From a virus (taxonomy: Duplodnaviria > Caudoviricetes): a stretch of DNA of 64,000 nt. The stretch is taken from positions 12,580 to 76,579 of the IMG/VR virus record IMGVR_UViG_2597490201_000002; one strand, 5' to 3'. Each line of letters begins with the position of its first letter. Positions within the stretch are counted from its first letter, which is position 1. The position numbers were made by a program, and so were the translations under genes. Positions 46,185 to 56,647 of the stretch are shown here, in pieces. The notes below the pieces were generated by a model. The model saw only the letters and a list, made by a program, of their open reading frames with translations, did no database searches and was not told where the DNA came from.

Positions 46185-46625
46185 GTGGAACCAATCTATG
46201 AACTCCGGCTGGCGGCGCTGAATAAGCTTCGTCAGGTGCCGGCACTTACAGCAATCGTCGGGACCAAGATTTATGATCGCGTTCCCGAGAGGCAGGTCGG
46301 CGGGCAACTGGTGGCCGACGTCACCAGCCCGTACATCAGCCTTGGGCTCGCAACAGCGATCAGCGACGATGCGGACTGCATCGAAGGCTTGGAAGTCACA
46401 TTCCAGATCGATGGTTGGTCTTGGGGCTCCGGCCTTGCGTATAGCTCAGTCCAAGCAAGCCAGATTGCAGGGGAAGTTCGCAAGGCGCTGCACGGCGTCG
46501 AGCTTAATCTGTCGGTCAACGCGCTCGTGTCCATCCGTCACGAGCTTACCCGCATCCTTCGCGACAGCGACGGTATCACCAACCATGCCGTGATCCAGTT
46601 CACGGCCCTGGTCGAAGTCAAATAA
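46185..46625 (+). CDS. Tail terminator (DUF3168-like)
   Basis: IYDRVP, PYISLG, DGITNH. Confidence 0.85.
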   Translation: MEPIYELRLAALNKLRQVPALTAIVGTKIYDRVPERQVGGQLVADVTSPYISLGLATAISDDADCIEGLEVTFQIDGWSWGSGLAYSSVQASQIAGEVRKALHGVELNLSVNALVSIRHELTRILRDSDGITNHAVIQFTALVEVK

Positions 46626-46647
46626 CCCCTCAACATCGGAGAATGCC

Positions 46648-47094
46648 ATGGCCCCGCCCAGCAGGATCAAAGGCGGCAAGGTTCGTGTGATGCTCGGCAA
46701 TAGCGCCGATCCCATCGTCTACGCGGCCCTTTGCGGTTTCACTTCCAAGTCGCTGACCCTCACCAAGGGTCTCGAAGAAATCAACCTTGGCGATTGCGAC
46801 GAGCCTGATGCCGTCAACTGGCTTGGCCGCGATGCGGTCTCGCTCAGCATGGCGGTCTCCGGCGAGGGCGTGCTTGCCGCTGAAAGCGTCGAGCAATGGC
46901 TTGATGCTTGGGAAAGCGTTGACAGCGTTCCCGTCAAGGTCGAGCTGGAATTTCCCAGCACCACCTACACCTATACCGGCTACATGCAGGTCGAAACGCT
47001 GGAAATCGGCGCTCCTGACGGCCGCACCGTGACGAACAACGTCTCGATGCAGTCGGACGGCAAGATGACCCGCACATCGGCGCCGACTGCCTGA
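46648..47094 (+). CDS. Major tail tube protein
   Basis: CGFTSKSLT, VSGEG; position. Confidence 0.87.
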   Translation: MAPPSRIKGGKVRVMLGNSADPIVYAALCGFTSKSLTLTKGLEEINLGDCDEPDAVNWLGRDAVSLSMAVSGEGVLAAESVEQWLDAWESVDSVPVKVELEFPSTTYTYTGYMQVETLEIGAPDGRTVTNNVSMQSDGKMTRTSAPTA

Positions 47095-47486
47095 TGGGTG
47101 TCTCGCAGACGATCGGCCCGTTGGATTGGGCCGATGGGGCATACACGTTTCGCCTGGCCAATGGCGAACTGATCATGCTTCAGGATGCCACGGATTGCGG
47201 TCCATTTTTCCTGCTCGACAAGCTCGGCGGCAAGCATTGGAAAGTTCAAGAAATATCGCACATCATCAGGCTCGGTCTGATCGGTGGCGGCATTGAGCCG
47301 GCTAAGGCCCTGAGCCTTGTGCGCGACTATGTCGAGAGCCGTCCCCCAATGGAAAGCGTGCCGCTGGCATTTGCTGTCCTCGCTGCCGGCGTGCAGGGGG
47401 CGCCGGACGATCCAAAAAAAACGGTGGGGGAGGCGACGGGCAGCGGCTCGACGGTCTCCCCAACGGACGATTCCGCTGGGGCCTGA
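47094..47486 (+). CDS. Tail assembly chaperone G (GTA-like)
   Basis: WADGAYTFRL, IRLGLIGGG. Confidence 0.85.
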   Translation: MGVSQTIGPLDWADGAYTFRLANGELIMLQDATDCGPFFLLDKLGGKHWKVQEISHIIRLGLIGGGIEPAKALSLVRDYVESRPPMESVPLAFAVLAAGVQGAPDDPKKTVGEATGSGSTVSPTDDSAGA

Positions 47487-47752
47487 TCCTCGGTTTGGGA
47501 GCGGCCATGGGGTGGACCGCCGAAGCGGTTAAGCGCGCCTCCCTGTGGGAATTTTTCTCCGCATGGGATGGCTATGTTCAGGCCAATACTCCTGCCCAAA
47601 AGGGCAAGCTGACGCCTGAGGAAAAGGCGGAGCTTATCGCCGATATCGAGGCCTACGGTTTCTCGCGAGGCGGCGTCCTGTCGACCCAAACCTATCTGCT
47701 GGCCGGTCTGCACCTGGTGCCGGCTGGCATTGTGACGTTCGAGGTTCACTAG
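47414..47752 (+). CDS. -1 frameshift extension of the tail chaperone (GT)
   Basis: In-frame A AAA AAA (47414-20) and G GGG GAG (47426-32); -1 frame open to 47752. Confidence 0.75.
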   Translation, partial: KKNGGGGDGQRLDGLPNGRFRWGLILGLGAAMGWTAEAVKRASLWEFFSAWDGYVQANTPAQKGKLTPEEKAELIADIEAYGFSRGGVLSTQTYLLAGLHLVPAGIVTFEVH

Positions 47753-47753
47753 C

Positions 47754-49997
47754 ATGGCGACTGAAATAGAGCGCTTGGTCGTGAGCCTCGAGGCTTCGAT
47801 CACCAAGTTCGATCGCACGATGCAGAAGGCCTTGGGCATCACCAACAACACGATGCGCAAGATCGAGCAGCGGCAGGCAACTGCGATTCAGAAGCTCAAT
47901 GCCGGCTGGTCGGGACTGCAACGAGGTGTCGCTTCAGCGTTCGCTACGGCGGCTGCCCTGCGCGGCGCACAGCAGCTTGTTGATGCGAGCACGCGCATCG
48001 AAAACTCGCTGAAGGTCGTTGGCCTCGCTGGCGAAGAACTCGATCGCGTCTATCAGTCGCTGTTCCAGTCGGCGCAGCGAAACATGGCGCCAGTGGAGAC
48101 GCTGACAACGCTATTCAGCCGCCTCGGTCTCGCCCAGAAGGAACTCGGCGTCACGACCGACGAGCTGTTGAGCTTCACGGATAATGTGGCTCTTGCGCTC
48201 CGCGTGCAGGGCACGACTTCCGATGAAGCCCGAGGCGCGCTGATCCAGCTTAGTCAGGCCATGGGTTCCGGCATTGTCCGGGCTGAAGAATTCAACTCTG
48301 TCGTGGAAGGTGCGCCGTCCATCCTTCGCGCCGCTGCCGCCGGCCTGAAGGAAGCCAACGGCTCTGTCGCCGCGCTGCGCAAGTTGGTCATCGATGGCAA
48401 AGTCAGCAGCGAGGCATTCTTCCGCGCCTTCCAAGCTGGTTCCGTCATTCTGCAGGAGCAGGTGGCCGGGGCTGAAGTTACGATCTCCCAAGGCTTCGTT
48501 CGCCTGCAGAACGTGCTGATCGACACGGCAGGAAAGCTTGATGAGGCTACTGGGGCGTCGGTGCGCATTGGTGCGGGCCTGACGGACCTTGCCAACATTA
48601 TAGATGCCCTCGGAAACACTGCCGTTGATAACAAGGACAGCGTTAGCAGTTTCATTGATCAGGTTGGCATCTCGGCACAGAACCTGCCGATTTTTGCGGA
48701 CATCAGGCGCGGTGTTGAGGCGCTTCGTGCGCTGACGCGCGAGGGCTCGGAAGCCCGCGCCATCATAGACGAGTTGACCGCGAGCTTCGACAAGTTCGGT
48801 CCGACCGTTTCCGATACAGATATCGCCTTGGGGGAGGCGGAGCAGACCTTGGCGAGTTTCGCTGACAACACCGTCGGCAAAATGGGTGAGATCGATGCGG
48901 CAGCGCAAGATCTCTTCCAGCAGGTGTTGGAGGGGAAGGGGTCTGCCCGGCTCGCCGCCGAAGCCATTGAGGCCCTCGGTGATGCCAATCCGGACTTCGC
49001 TCCCTTGCTGTCGAAGATCGGCGCGACGATCCAGCAAATCTACGCCCTGCGAGCGGCGGCTATTTCCGCTACCCGGATGGACGAAATTGGCGCGGCGCCA
49101 AAATTCTCCGAGCTTCAATCTTTTGGTGCCAGCCCTACTGTCCAGCCGGTGAGCCTGAGCGACTATAAGGCGCCAGCCGGTGTAGGTGGCGGCGGCGGAT
49201 CGAAGCGCGATCAGTATGCTGCGGCAGTCGCAGCTCAGCAGGAACGCATTGACGCCCTGACCCGCGAGACCGCTCTGCAGGCCCAACTCAACCCGCTTGT
49301 GAACGACTATGGCTTCGCGGTCGAAAAGTTGCGGGCTCAGATCGAGCTTGAGAACGCGGCAAAAGAGCAAGGCTTGGCTCTCGATGAGCCGCGGCGCCAG
49401 CAGATCGAAGAGCTTTCATCCGGATATGCTCGAGCAACTGCCGAAGCTGCCCGTCTTGCCGAAGCTCAGGATAAGGCCCGCCAGTCGGCAGAAGACCTTG
49501 CCAATGCCGGACGAGAGGCCCTCGACACCATCATCGACGGCTTCCTCGAAGGAAAAGACGCCGGGGAAATCTTCGGGAACGTGCTGAAAGATCTCGGGCG
49601 CAATCTGCTGAATATGGGTTTGAATGGCCTCTTCAGTGGCTTTGGCGGCGGTGGAAATCCGCTGGCGGCACTCTTCGGTGGTTTCCGCGCAGGCGGCGGC
49701 CCTGTTCAGGCTGGCAAAGCCTATGTTGTGGGTGAGAAGCGCCCGGAACTCTTCGTTCCCGGCCAGAGCGGCACGATCGTGCCCCGCATTCCCGATGTCG
49801 CGGGCATCTCCGCTCCGCCCACGACCGCAACGAGCAGCATCACGTTGATGGCAGGTGCCATCCAAATCGACGGTAGCGGCCTAAACCAAGCCCAAATGAC
49901 AACGGCCATCTCTGATGCGCTAGAGCGCTATGACCGGAAGACCTTGCCGCGCCGCGTCAACGAGCTGAAGAACAACACGATGGTGGTCAACGGATGA
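47754..49997 (+). CDS. Tape measure protein
   Basis: QLSQAMGSG..RAEEFNSV, RAGGGPV..VGEKRPELF. Confidence 0.94.
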   Translation: MATEIERLVVSLEASITKFDRTMQKALGITNNTMRKIEQRQATAIQKLNAGWSGLQRGVASAFATAAALRGAQQLVDASTRIENSLKVVGLAGEELDRVYQSLFQSAQRNMAPVETLTTLFSRLGLAQKELGVTTDELLSFTDNVALALRVQGTTSDEARGALIQLSQAMGSGIVRAEEFNSVVEGAPSILRAAAAGLKEANGSVAALRKLVIDGKVSSEAFFRAFQAGSVILQEQVAGAEVTISQGFVRLQNVLIDTAGKLDEATGASVRIGAGLTDLANIIDALGNTAVDNKDSVSSFIDQVGISAQNLPIFADIRRGVEALRALTREGSEARAIIDELTASFDKFGPTVSDTDIALGEAEQTLASFADNTVGKMGEIDAAAQDLFQQVLEGKGSARLAAEAIEALGDANPDFAPLLSKIGATIQQIYALRAAAISATRMDEIGAAPKFSELQSFGASPTVQPVSLSDYKAPAGVGGGGGSKRDQYAAAVAAQQERIDALTRETALQAQLNPLVNDYGFAVEKLRAQIELENAAKEQGLALDEPRRQQIEELSSGYARATAEAARLAEAQDKARQSAEDLANAGREALDTIIDGFLEGKDAGEIFGNVLKDLGRNLLNMGLNGLFSGFGGGGNPLAALFGGFRAGGGPVQAGKAYVVGEKRPELFVPGQSGTIVPRIPDVAGISAPPTTATSSITLMAGAIQIDGSGLNQAQMTTAISDALERYDRKTLPRRVNELKNNTMVVNG

Positions 49998-50653
49998 CGG
50001 CAATCACCTTCCCGATTCCTCAGGCAGACCTTGGCGACCTTCTGCCGGTTCAGTCCGTCACATGGGAGCTTGTCCGACAGCAGGAATTTAGCGGCTTGGG
50101 ATCGGGGGAGGGGCTGGCAGCAGACCTTGCCCCGGCTCTTTGGGAGGGCGACGTTTCCCTTCGACCTTTGCTTCACACGAAGGCGCGCGGGCTGGTCGCA
50201 AAGTTTGACGCTCTTGATGGAGCAATCCAAACATTCTTCCTGGCTAACCCGCTTGGCTGGTGGCCGGCGACTGATCCTGGCGGCGTCATCTATGGGGCGT
50301 CCAATCCTGAAATCGGCTTCATCGCCACGAACAGGAAGGAACTGTCGTTCACCGACTTGCCGCCCAACTATGTCCTCTCCGCCGGTGACATGTTCATGGT
50401 GGAATATGGAACGCCGGCACGTCGCGCGCTGCATCGCCTGGTTGGGGACATCACTGCCAACGGTTCGGGTACCACTGGCCTGGTGGAAGTGAGGCCGCAC
50501 CTTCGGTCGGGCATCGTTGAGGGCCTCGCCGCCAGCTTCAAAAGACCAGCGGCCAAGGTGAAGCTCATCCCCAACACACTGACCCAGCAGTTTCACTCAG
50601 CGAACCGGACCCGCATCAGCTTCCGTGTCCGTCAAACCCTGGCAGCAGGATAG
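49994..50653 (+). CDS. Distal tail protein
   Basis: Position after TMP, ATGA coupling. Confidence 0.7.
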   Translation: MTAITFPIPQADLGDLLPVQSVTWELVRQQEFSGLGSGEGLAADLAPALWEGDVSLRPLLHTKARGLVAKFDALDGAIQTFFLANPLGWWPATDPGGVIYGASNPEIGFIATNRKELSFTDLPPNYVLSAGDMFMVEYGTPARRALHRLVGDITANGSGTTGLVEVRPHLRSGIVEGLAASFKRPAAKVKLIPNTLTQQFHSANRTRISFRVRQTLAAG

Positions 50654-50659
50654 CACTTC

Positions 50660-51292
50660 ATGGTCAGAGTTTTGGACGCCGCGACACAGGGCGCTGTGCG
50701 AAATCGCTCGGCTATAGTTCCGCGCGACTTCGTGCTTTTCACCCTGACAGCGGGCGAGACTGTCACCCGCTACGGTTTCACCAACGTCGGCGAAGACGTC
50801 GCGGTCAACGTTGTCACCAACGGCGCGGGAACGGTCGAAAACTACACTTTCTATGGCGACAACGCGCCGATCCAGGCCATCGACGCTATCCCGCTGAAGG
50901 TCGGTCTTGAGGTCGATACCATTCAGGTTCGGCTGAATCCGATCCATCCAATTGTGAAGCTTTTAGCGCGCGCCGATGAGACTGCGCTTCGGGTTGCTCG
51001 GGTGCAGATCTTCCGCGGCTATCTCGATCCAGATTCCATGCTGCTGGTTGCCAACCCTCGGAGCCGCTTCGTCGGCCAGGTCAACACTGCGCCGGAGACG
51101 GTCGCGGGTCCGGGAGGCGAAAGCATTCGTACGATCAACGTGCGCTCGCACACCCAAGAGATGACCCGAACGAACTCGGCGAAGAAGAGCGACGAAACCT
51201 ACCGGCTCCGCTCCGGCGATCGGTTCGGCCAATACGCCGGAACCGCCGGGAATTGGGAGCTTTGGTGGGGTGAAGTGAAGGGCACGACTTAA
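50660..51292 (+). CDS. Tail tip/hub protein
   Basis: Position; ends GDRFGQY...WWG. Confidence 0.7.
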   Translation: MVRVLDAATQGAVRNRSAIVPRDFVLFTLTAGETVTRYGFTNVGEDVAVNVVTNGAGTVENYTFYGDNAPIQAIDAIPLKVGLEVDTIQVRLNPIHPIVKLLARADETALRVARVQIFRGYLDPDSMLLVANPRSRFVGQVNTAPETVAGPGGESIRTINVRSHTQEMTRTNSAKKSDETYRLRSGDRFGQYAGTAGNWELWWGEVKGTT

Positions 51293-51295
51293 GCC

Positions 51296-54193
51296 ATGGG
51301 CTTCATTTTTCAGATCATCATTGGGCTGGTTCTCAGCCTCGCATCGACGCTTATCCAGTCGATGTTCCAGCAGGACCAGAAGCAGAAAGTCCCTGGCGTC
51401 CGTGGGTCGATCCAGACCGGCGGCGATATCCCGCTTTCCTTCATCATGGGCTTCTACGCCACTGGTGGGCATCTGAAATACGCCGGCACTTGGGGCAATT
51501 CTGGGGAGACTCCGAATGCCTATTTCTCCAAGGTCGTGTCGGTTTCGGACCTGCCTGTTCGTGGACTATCGGGCTTCTTCGTCAACGGCGAGCGCGTCAC
51601 TTTGGCCGGGATGCCGACGGGAAGTCTCGGATATGCCGTTCTCGAATATCGAGTGAATGGCGTCGATCACCTATGGGTCAATTTCTACAACGGCAATCAG
51701 ACTGCCGCCGACCCGCTGATGCTGGCGCAGTTCGGCGCCGATCCGAACCGGCCCTACACGTCAGATATGGTGGGTCGTGGCGTGGCTTACTTCGTCGCGA
51801 CGGCATTGGTGAACCGCGAGCTTTTTTCGGGCTTCCCGGAGTATTTAGCTGAGGTTCATGGCATCCCGCTCAGCGATCCTCGCGGGGATAGCCAGCACGA
51901 CAATCCAATGGTCGGCATCTACACACTCGCCAAGGGGCTCTACTTCGGCGGCCAGTGGGTCTATGGCCCGCAGAACATCACCGACGCCAACTTCATCGCG
52001 GCTAACCTAGAAGGCCAGATGGACAAGTGCGACACGCTGCGCGACGGCACGACCGAGAAGCGGTTCCGCTTCGGCATGGAAGTCAGCGTGGACGCCGAGC
52101 CTCATGCCATTATCGGTGAAATGCTCAAGGCCTGCGAAGGCCGCGTGGCTGAGATTGGCGGGATATACAAGTTCTTGGTGGGTGAACCGGACGCGCCAGT
52201 CGTGTCTTTCACCGATGAAGACCTTGTGATTTCCGAAGGCCAGACCTACGAACCGTTCCCCGGCCTCGAAAGCCTATTCAACGGCATGGGCGCCACCTAT
52301 CCGGAGCCTGCTGAGGGCTGGGAGCTTAAGGAAGCGCCGCCGCGGTACCGCAGCGACCTTGAGGTGCTGGACGACAACCGCCGTCTGCCCTTCACTACGC
52401 AATACAAAGCCGTTCCGTTCGCCCTGCAGGTTCAGGAGCTGATGCGGGCCGCCATCGAGGAGGTACGCCGCTTCCGCCGGCACACGCAGACGATGCCGCC
52501 GGAATGGTGGGAATACGAGCCGCTCGACGTAGCTGCGTGGACCAGTGCCCGCAACGGCTATGTGGGGAAAGACTTCCTCATCACGGCCATGGACGACCTG
52601 CCGAATGCCAACCAGTTCGTTGGCCTGCAGGAGATGGACCCGAGCGACTATTCATGGTCGACCGACAATGAGCTCCCCTATGACGTCGCGCCGCTGGTCA
52701 TTGCTCGGCCGGCTCCGCAGCAGATCACCGGCTTCGCTGTCGAGCCTTATATCGGGGAGGACAATAATGGGATTGCCCGTCGTCCGGGCTTCCGCATTTA
52801 CGGGTTCGGCGCTGGGCTGGTCGACGTCAGCGAGGTTTGGGTTCAGGCTCGGCTTGCCGAGACAGGCGCGCTGGTTATCGATGGCAGGGCTCCATACGAT
52901 CCCGAAGAGATCGAACCATCGGCGCAATGGTCTGGCGACCCAATCCTGCCAGCGGTCCAATACGAGGTACGCGGCAAGCTGGTCCCGTTCTCCGGCCGTG
53001 CCACTGAATGGTCTGCGTGGCTGCCGGTCACCACGCCTGATGTAAAGCTCGGCCCCCTCGATGTCGTCTATGGCGACATCGATCTGGATGAACTTGGCGA
53101 ACAGGTTCAGGGCTATTTCGATTGGATGGGTCAGAACATCCGCGAGCTGATCGAGCAGGCCCAGGCTCAAGCTACATTGACTGGCGACCAGGAGCTGGCA
53201 AACGCCTACCAGTTCGATGAGGTCCGGCGCAGTCTGGCTGTCGTATCCGGCGAATTGTCCGCGTCGTTCGAAGAGACCATCACCGTGGCTATTGTCCCGA
53301 TGCAGGGGCAGTTGGTCGCGATGGCCGATGCGTTGACCGAGTTGTCAGCGGCCAACGATGGCGACGTCAATTCGGCTCGCATCCGGTTCACAGCGGTTTC
53401 TGGACCCACGGGTTACAGCCGCGTTGGCATCGAGACCCGCTTTGATCCGCTCGACAGTGGCGACTTCCGCTTGGCAGGTAGTTACTGGGACACTCCCAAC
53501 AACAACTCTTTGCCGACACGGCGCATGGAGATTGCCGAGCAATTCGTAATCGCCGAGAGCGCGGCAGCGGCGGCTTTCCAGCCGTTCATCTTCCAGTCGG
53601 GGGTGCTGCGGGTTGCAAACGCCATGGTCGGCAGTGCCGCCATTGTCGATGCCGCAATCACCAATGCCAAGATCGCCGATGCGGCAATCACGAACGCCAA
53701 AATCCAAGACGCCACGATCACAGGCGCCAAGATCGCGAATGCGTCTATTGGCAGCGCTCAAATCGGTGATGCGGCGATCACCAACGCGAAAATTGCCAAT
53801 GCGACCATTCAGACGGTCAACTTCGCGAATGGCGCGATCGCTCAATACACAACCGGTGGCAGCTTCGTTTCAGCAGGAAAGGACTGGGTGTCAGCCACAT
53901 TCACTTCCTATGGCTTCCCCGTCTTGCTGGGCATTCAAGCTCAGATTAGCCGGGACTCCACAGGGTCGAACCCAGATTTTTACATCTATATCGAGCTCGA
54001 AAACCTGACGACGGGCGCGGTAACTGTTTTAGCGCTGGCCGTCGGTGTCACGGACATCGTGACGTTCCGCACACTCACTACCGGCCAAGTCTATCGTATT
54101 CGCTTGATTGAACGAGCTGCTAGCTCAGGGGCTACCGGCGGCGCGACAATCGTTGGAACACCATCCGTCGTCGTCCAGGCGCCTAGAGTTTAA
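51296..54193 (+). CDS. Tail tip/host-specificity protein (J-like)
   Basis: Large tail gene; C-terminal ITNAKIADAA repeats. Confidence 0.85.
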   Translation: MGFIFQIIIGLVLSLASTLIQSMFQQDQKQKVPGVRGSIQTGGDIPLSFIMGFYATGGHLKYAGTWGNSGETPNAYFSKVVSVSDLPVRGLSGFFVNGERVTLAGMPTGSLGYAVLEYRVNGVDHLWVNFYNGNQTAADPLMLAQFGADPNRPYTSDMVGRGVAYFVATALVNRELFSGFPEYLAEVHGIPLSDPRGDSQHDNPMVGIYTLAKGLYFGGQWVYGPQNITDANFIAANLEGQMDKCDTLRDGTTEKRFRFGMEVSVDAEPHAIIGEMLKACEGRVAEIGGIYKFLVGEPDAPVVSFTDEDLVISEGQTYEPFPGLESLFNGMGATYPEPAEGWELKEAPPRYRSDLEVLDDNRRLPFTTQYKAVPFALQVQELMRAAIEEVRRFRRHTQTMPPEWWEYEPLDVAAWTSARNGYVGKDFLITAMDDLPNANQFVGLQEMDPSDYSWSTDNELPYDVAPLVIARPAPQQITGFAVEPYIGEDNNGIARRPGFRIYGFGAGLVDVSEVWVQARLAETGALVIDGRAPYDPEEIEPSAQWSGDPILPAVQYEVRGKLVPFSGRATEWSAWLPVTTPDVKLGPLDVVYGDIDLDELGEQVQGYFDWMGQNIRELIEQAQAQATLTGDQELANAYQFDEVRRSLAVVSGELSASFEETITVAIVPMQGQLVAMADALTELSAANDGDVNSARIRFTAVSGPTGYSRVGIETRFDPLDSGDFRLAGSYWDTPNNNSLPTRRMEIAEQFVIAESAAAAAFQPFIFQSGVLRVANAMVGSAAIVDAAITNAKIADAAITNAKIQDATITGAKIANASIGSAQIGDAAITNAKIANATIQTVNFANGAIAQYTTGGSFVSAGKDWVSATFTSYGFPVLLGIQAQISRDSTGSNPDFYIYIELENLTTGAVTVLALAVGVTDIVTFRTLTTGQVYRIRLIERAASSGATGGATIVGTPSVVVQAPRV

Positions 54194-54223
54194 CTGTCTT
54201 TACCAGACACCCGGTCACATTGC

Positions 54224-54245
54224 GCCGCCTCCGGGGCGGCTTTTT
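54224..54245 (+). terminator. Intrinsic terminator
   Basis: gccgcc/ggcggc + ttttt. Confidence 0.65.
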
Positions 54246-54259
54246 CTATTGGAGCCAAC

Positions 54260-55786
54260 ATGGCCGTTCTCTCTGACTATGTGTCGGGCACCATCAGCCT
54301 GACCAATGGCTTGGTGGATTTCACCGGCACGGGCACTGGCTGGCAGCTCGCACAAATCCGCGAAGGCGACACGATCTTCTATCTGCCGGGAACGCCCTAT
54401 CAGGGTGTGATTTCTGAGATCACCTCCAACGTCGCTGGCAAGCTGGACAGGGCATGGGAGGGGCCTGACCTCGTCGATGTGGCATACCGCATCCGCATCC
54501 TCTCGGATGGAAGCCGATCCACATCGCAGTCGGCCATGCTGCGCGAGCAGCTTGGCAATGGGAATATTCAGGCTGTTGCTGGGCTGACGGGATCGGCTGA
54601 TCAGGTACTTATGTTCACCGGCCCGGGCGCGATGACCACTGTGCCCAAGTTGTCGCTTGTCTCGGGTGCGGACTATGATGTTCAGGTTGATGATCTCTCC
54701 GCGCGCGCCACATACGATGGGCAGGCGGCCGGTTTCTCGGTGCTTGTGTCCGATGTCGGCGACGGTCGTTCCGCCATCTATTCCAAAGCCAGCAATGCTA
54801 GTGCGGATTGGACCGATCCTGCGTTCGTGACTGGACCTGTTGGTCCGTTGCCCGATGTGACCGTTGGTGATGTCACCACAGGCTTGCCCGGAACAGACGT
54901 TGAAATTACTCCGACGCCGACTGATGATGGCGTTGAGCTTAGCTTCGTGATCCCAGCAGGCGAAGGTTTCGTCTATGTGCCCGGCGGGTACGACGACGAA
55001 TTCGCCTACGGCAAAGGTTACGTGATCAATGAAGCAGGGTCGGCTTGGATAACTCTTCAACCCACCACTGGCAATGCTCCTCCAACCCTTCCAACTACAA
55101 GCAATGCCTATTGGGAGTTGTTGGTTCAGAAGGGTCAGGATGGCACTGGCACGGGTGACATGGTCGGGCCGGCCGATTCCGCGAATGACGAGATCGTGGT
55201 CTTCAGCGGCACCACGGGCAAGCTGACCAAACGTGGCGGCAAAACCATCGCTGAACTTGTTCCGGGCGATGGCAGCGTGACGAACGCCAAGCTCGCAAAT
55301 ATGGCCAATGCTACAGTCAAAGGCCGCAACACGGCCGGCGCTGGGGTACCCGAAGACGTTACCATGACCCAGCTTCTGGCGCTATTGAAAGCGACAGGCG
55401 CCTACGCCAGGGACAACATTCTCGGCGCGGTTTCCCAATCAGGCGGCGTACCGACCGGTTACATTATCGAGCGCGGAAGCAATGCCAATGGACAGTATGT
55501 GCGGTTTGCAGACGGAACCCAGATTTGTTGGCACAAGTCACCCGGCTCATTTTCTGCAACAAATGCGGCTGGGTCAGTTTTTGCAAGCGGGTTGGCTACA
55601 TTCACGTTCCCGGTCGCCTTTAGTGCCGCCCCCAACGTGACATATAATGCGGCGTTCTCTGCCGTTTCCGCCCCGTGGGTTTCGGGAGCCGCCATTACAA
55701 CGACAACAGCATCATTGTACCTGCTGGGTGCTCTTAGTGGTGCAGCGGGCGTGCCTGAATATATTGCCGTAGGAAGGTGGTTCTAA
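54260..55786 (+). CDS. Tail fibre protein
   Basis: GTISLTNG..GTGTGW N-terminus; ERGSNANGQYVRFADGTQICW...AVGRWF C-terminus. Confidence 0.88.
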   Translation: MAVLSDYVSGTISLTNGLVDFTGTGTGWQLAQIREGDTIFYLPGTPYQGVISEITSNVAGKLDRAWEGPDLVDVAYRIRILSDGSRSTSQSAMLREQLGNGNIQAVAGLTGSADQVLMFTGPGAMTTVPKLSLVSGADYDVQVDDLSARATYDGQAAGFSVLVSDVGDGRSAIYSKASNASADWTDPAFVTGPVGPLPDVTVGDVTTGLPGTDVEITPTPTDDGVELSFVIPAGEGFVYVPGGYDDEFAYGKGYVINEAGSAWITLQPTTGNAPPTLPTTSNAYWELLVQKGQDGTGTGDMVGPADSANDEIVVFSGTTGKLTKRGGKTIAELVPGDGSVTNAKLANMANATVKGRNTAGAGVPEDVTMTQLLALLKATGAYARDNILGAVSQSGGVPTGYIIERGSNANGQYVRFADGTQICWHKSPGSFSATNAAGSVFASGLATFTFPVAFSAAPNVTYNAAFSAVSAPWVSGAAITTTTASLYLLGALSGAAGVPEYIAVGRWF

Positions 55787-56121
55787 TGCGCATTTCGTTT
55801 TCACCTCAGCGCCGAGACGACACGTTGGCGCTAGAAAAAAGCAGCGGTGATCGTCTCCGGATCAACGGCGAGTTGTTCAACTTTAATCCGCTGGCTGAGG
55901 GCGACATGATCCCGGCCGGCGCCGTTCCGTGCGCATGGATTGTCGGACCAGTCGAGCGGATCGCAGGAGAGGTCAGGCTGACGTTGATCCTGCCACACGG
56001 ACCGACTCCGTCTCAGGCGGTTGCTTTTCCTGAGCCCGTCACAGTCGCCGAAGATGGGCCGATCGAAGTGCCACGTGATCCAGAACCGCAGCCAGAGGAG
56101 CCCGCCAATGTGGAGCCCTGA
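55786..56121 (+). CDS. Tail fibre-associated protein
   Basis: MRISFSPQRRDD..INGELFNF..LILPHG. Confidence 0.75.
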   Translation: MRISFSPQRRDDTLALEKSSGDRLRINGELFNFNPLAEGDMIPAGAVPCAWIVGPVERIAGEVRLTLILPHGPTPSQAVAFPEPVTVAEDGPIEVPRDPEPQPEEPANVEP

Positions 56122-56446
56122 TCAGTCGATCATCGTCACAGCAGAGCAACGCACAGCGGAAGAAGCTGCCGCGGCCCGAAAGGCGGAGTTTCCGAACCTT
56201 GAGCCCGACCAGTTCTGGTTCGTGGTTCGGGCCTCCGGAAACGAGCAGGAGCTTCGCGACTGGGTTGCGAGCCTCAACGATCCGGAGGGCCCGGATTATG
56301 ACCCAATGGCCTGGGCTGTCGCGTCGGCCAAGCTCGACTTCGCCAAGTTTTTCGAACGTGATCATCCACTCGTGGAAGCCGCGCGTGAAGCGCTGTGTAT
56401 CACCGTAGATCAACTGGATGATCTATGGAGGTTTGCGGCCGCATAA
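56108..56446 (+). CDS. Tail fibre assembly-like protein
   Basis: FERDHPLV....QLDDLW. Confidence 0.7.
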   Translation: MWSPDQSIIVTAEQRTAEEAAAARKAEFPNLEPDQFWFVVRASGNEQELRDWVASLNDPEGPDYDPMAWAVASAKLDFAKFFERDHPLVEAAREALCITVDQLDDLWRFAAA

Positions 56447-56447
56447 G

Positions 56448-56478
56448 AAAAAGGCCCCAGATCGCCGGGGCCTTTGTT
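56448..56478. terminator. Bidirectional terminator
   Basis: aaaaaggcccc/ggggcctttgtt between convergent genes. Confidence 0.7.
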
Positions 56479-56485
56479 GCAAGTC

Positions 56486-56647
56486 CTACCAGGGCTTGTT
56501 CGACTGGCTCGACAGCGACGGGTTTTCCGTACGCTTTCCTTCACCCCACGAAGCGGCATTACCGTCTTTGTTAAGATATTTCGGCCCCGTGCTGGCGGCG
56601 CAACCGGCAAGAATTACGACCAAGGCAAAGATAGCAGCAAACCGCAT
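56486..56647 (-). CDS. 53-aa lipoprotein
   Basis: GGAGGA RBS; MRFAAIFALVVILAGC lipobox (absent from ORF track). Confidence 0.75.
   Translation of the reverse strand: MRFAAIFALVVILAGCAASTGPKYLNKDGNAASWGEGKRTENPSLSSQSNKPW

Noticed and set aside
48111-49370. 419-aa ORF antisense to the tape measure gene (similarly 4586-5686 and 42884-43771)
   Set aside because: Codon-bias shadow ORFs opposite clear genes
51296-56446. Diversity-generating retroelement or invertible tail-fibre cassette
   Set aside because: No reverse transcriptase, invertase or template/variable repeat pair seen
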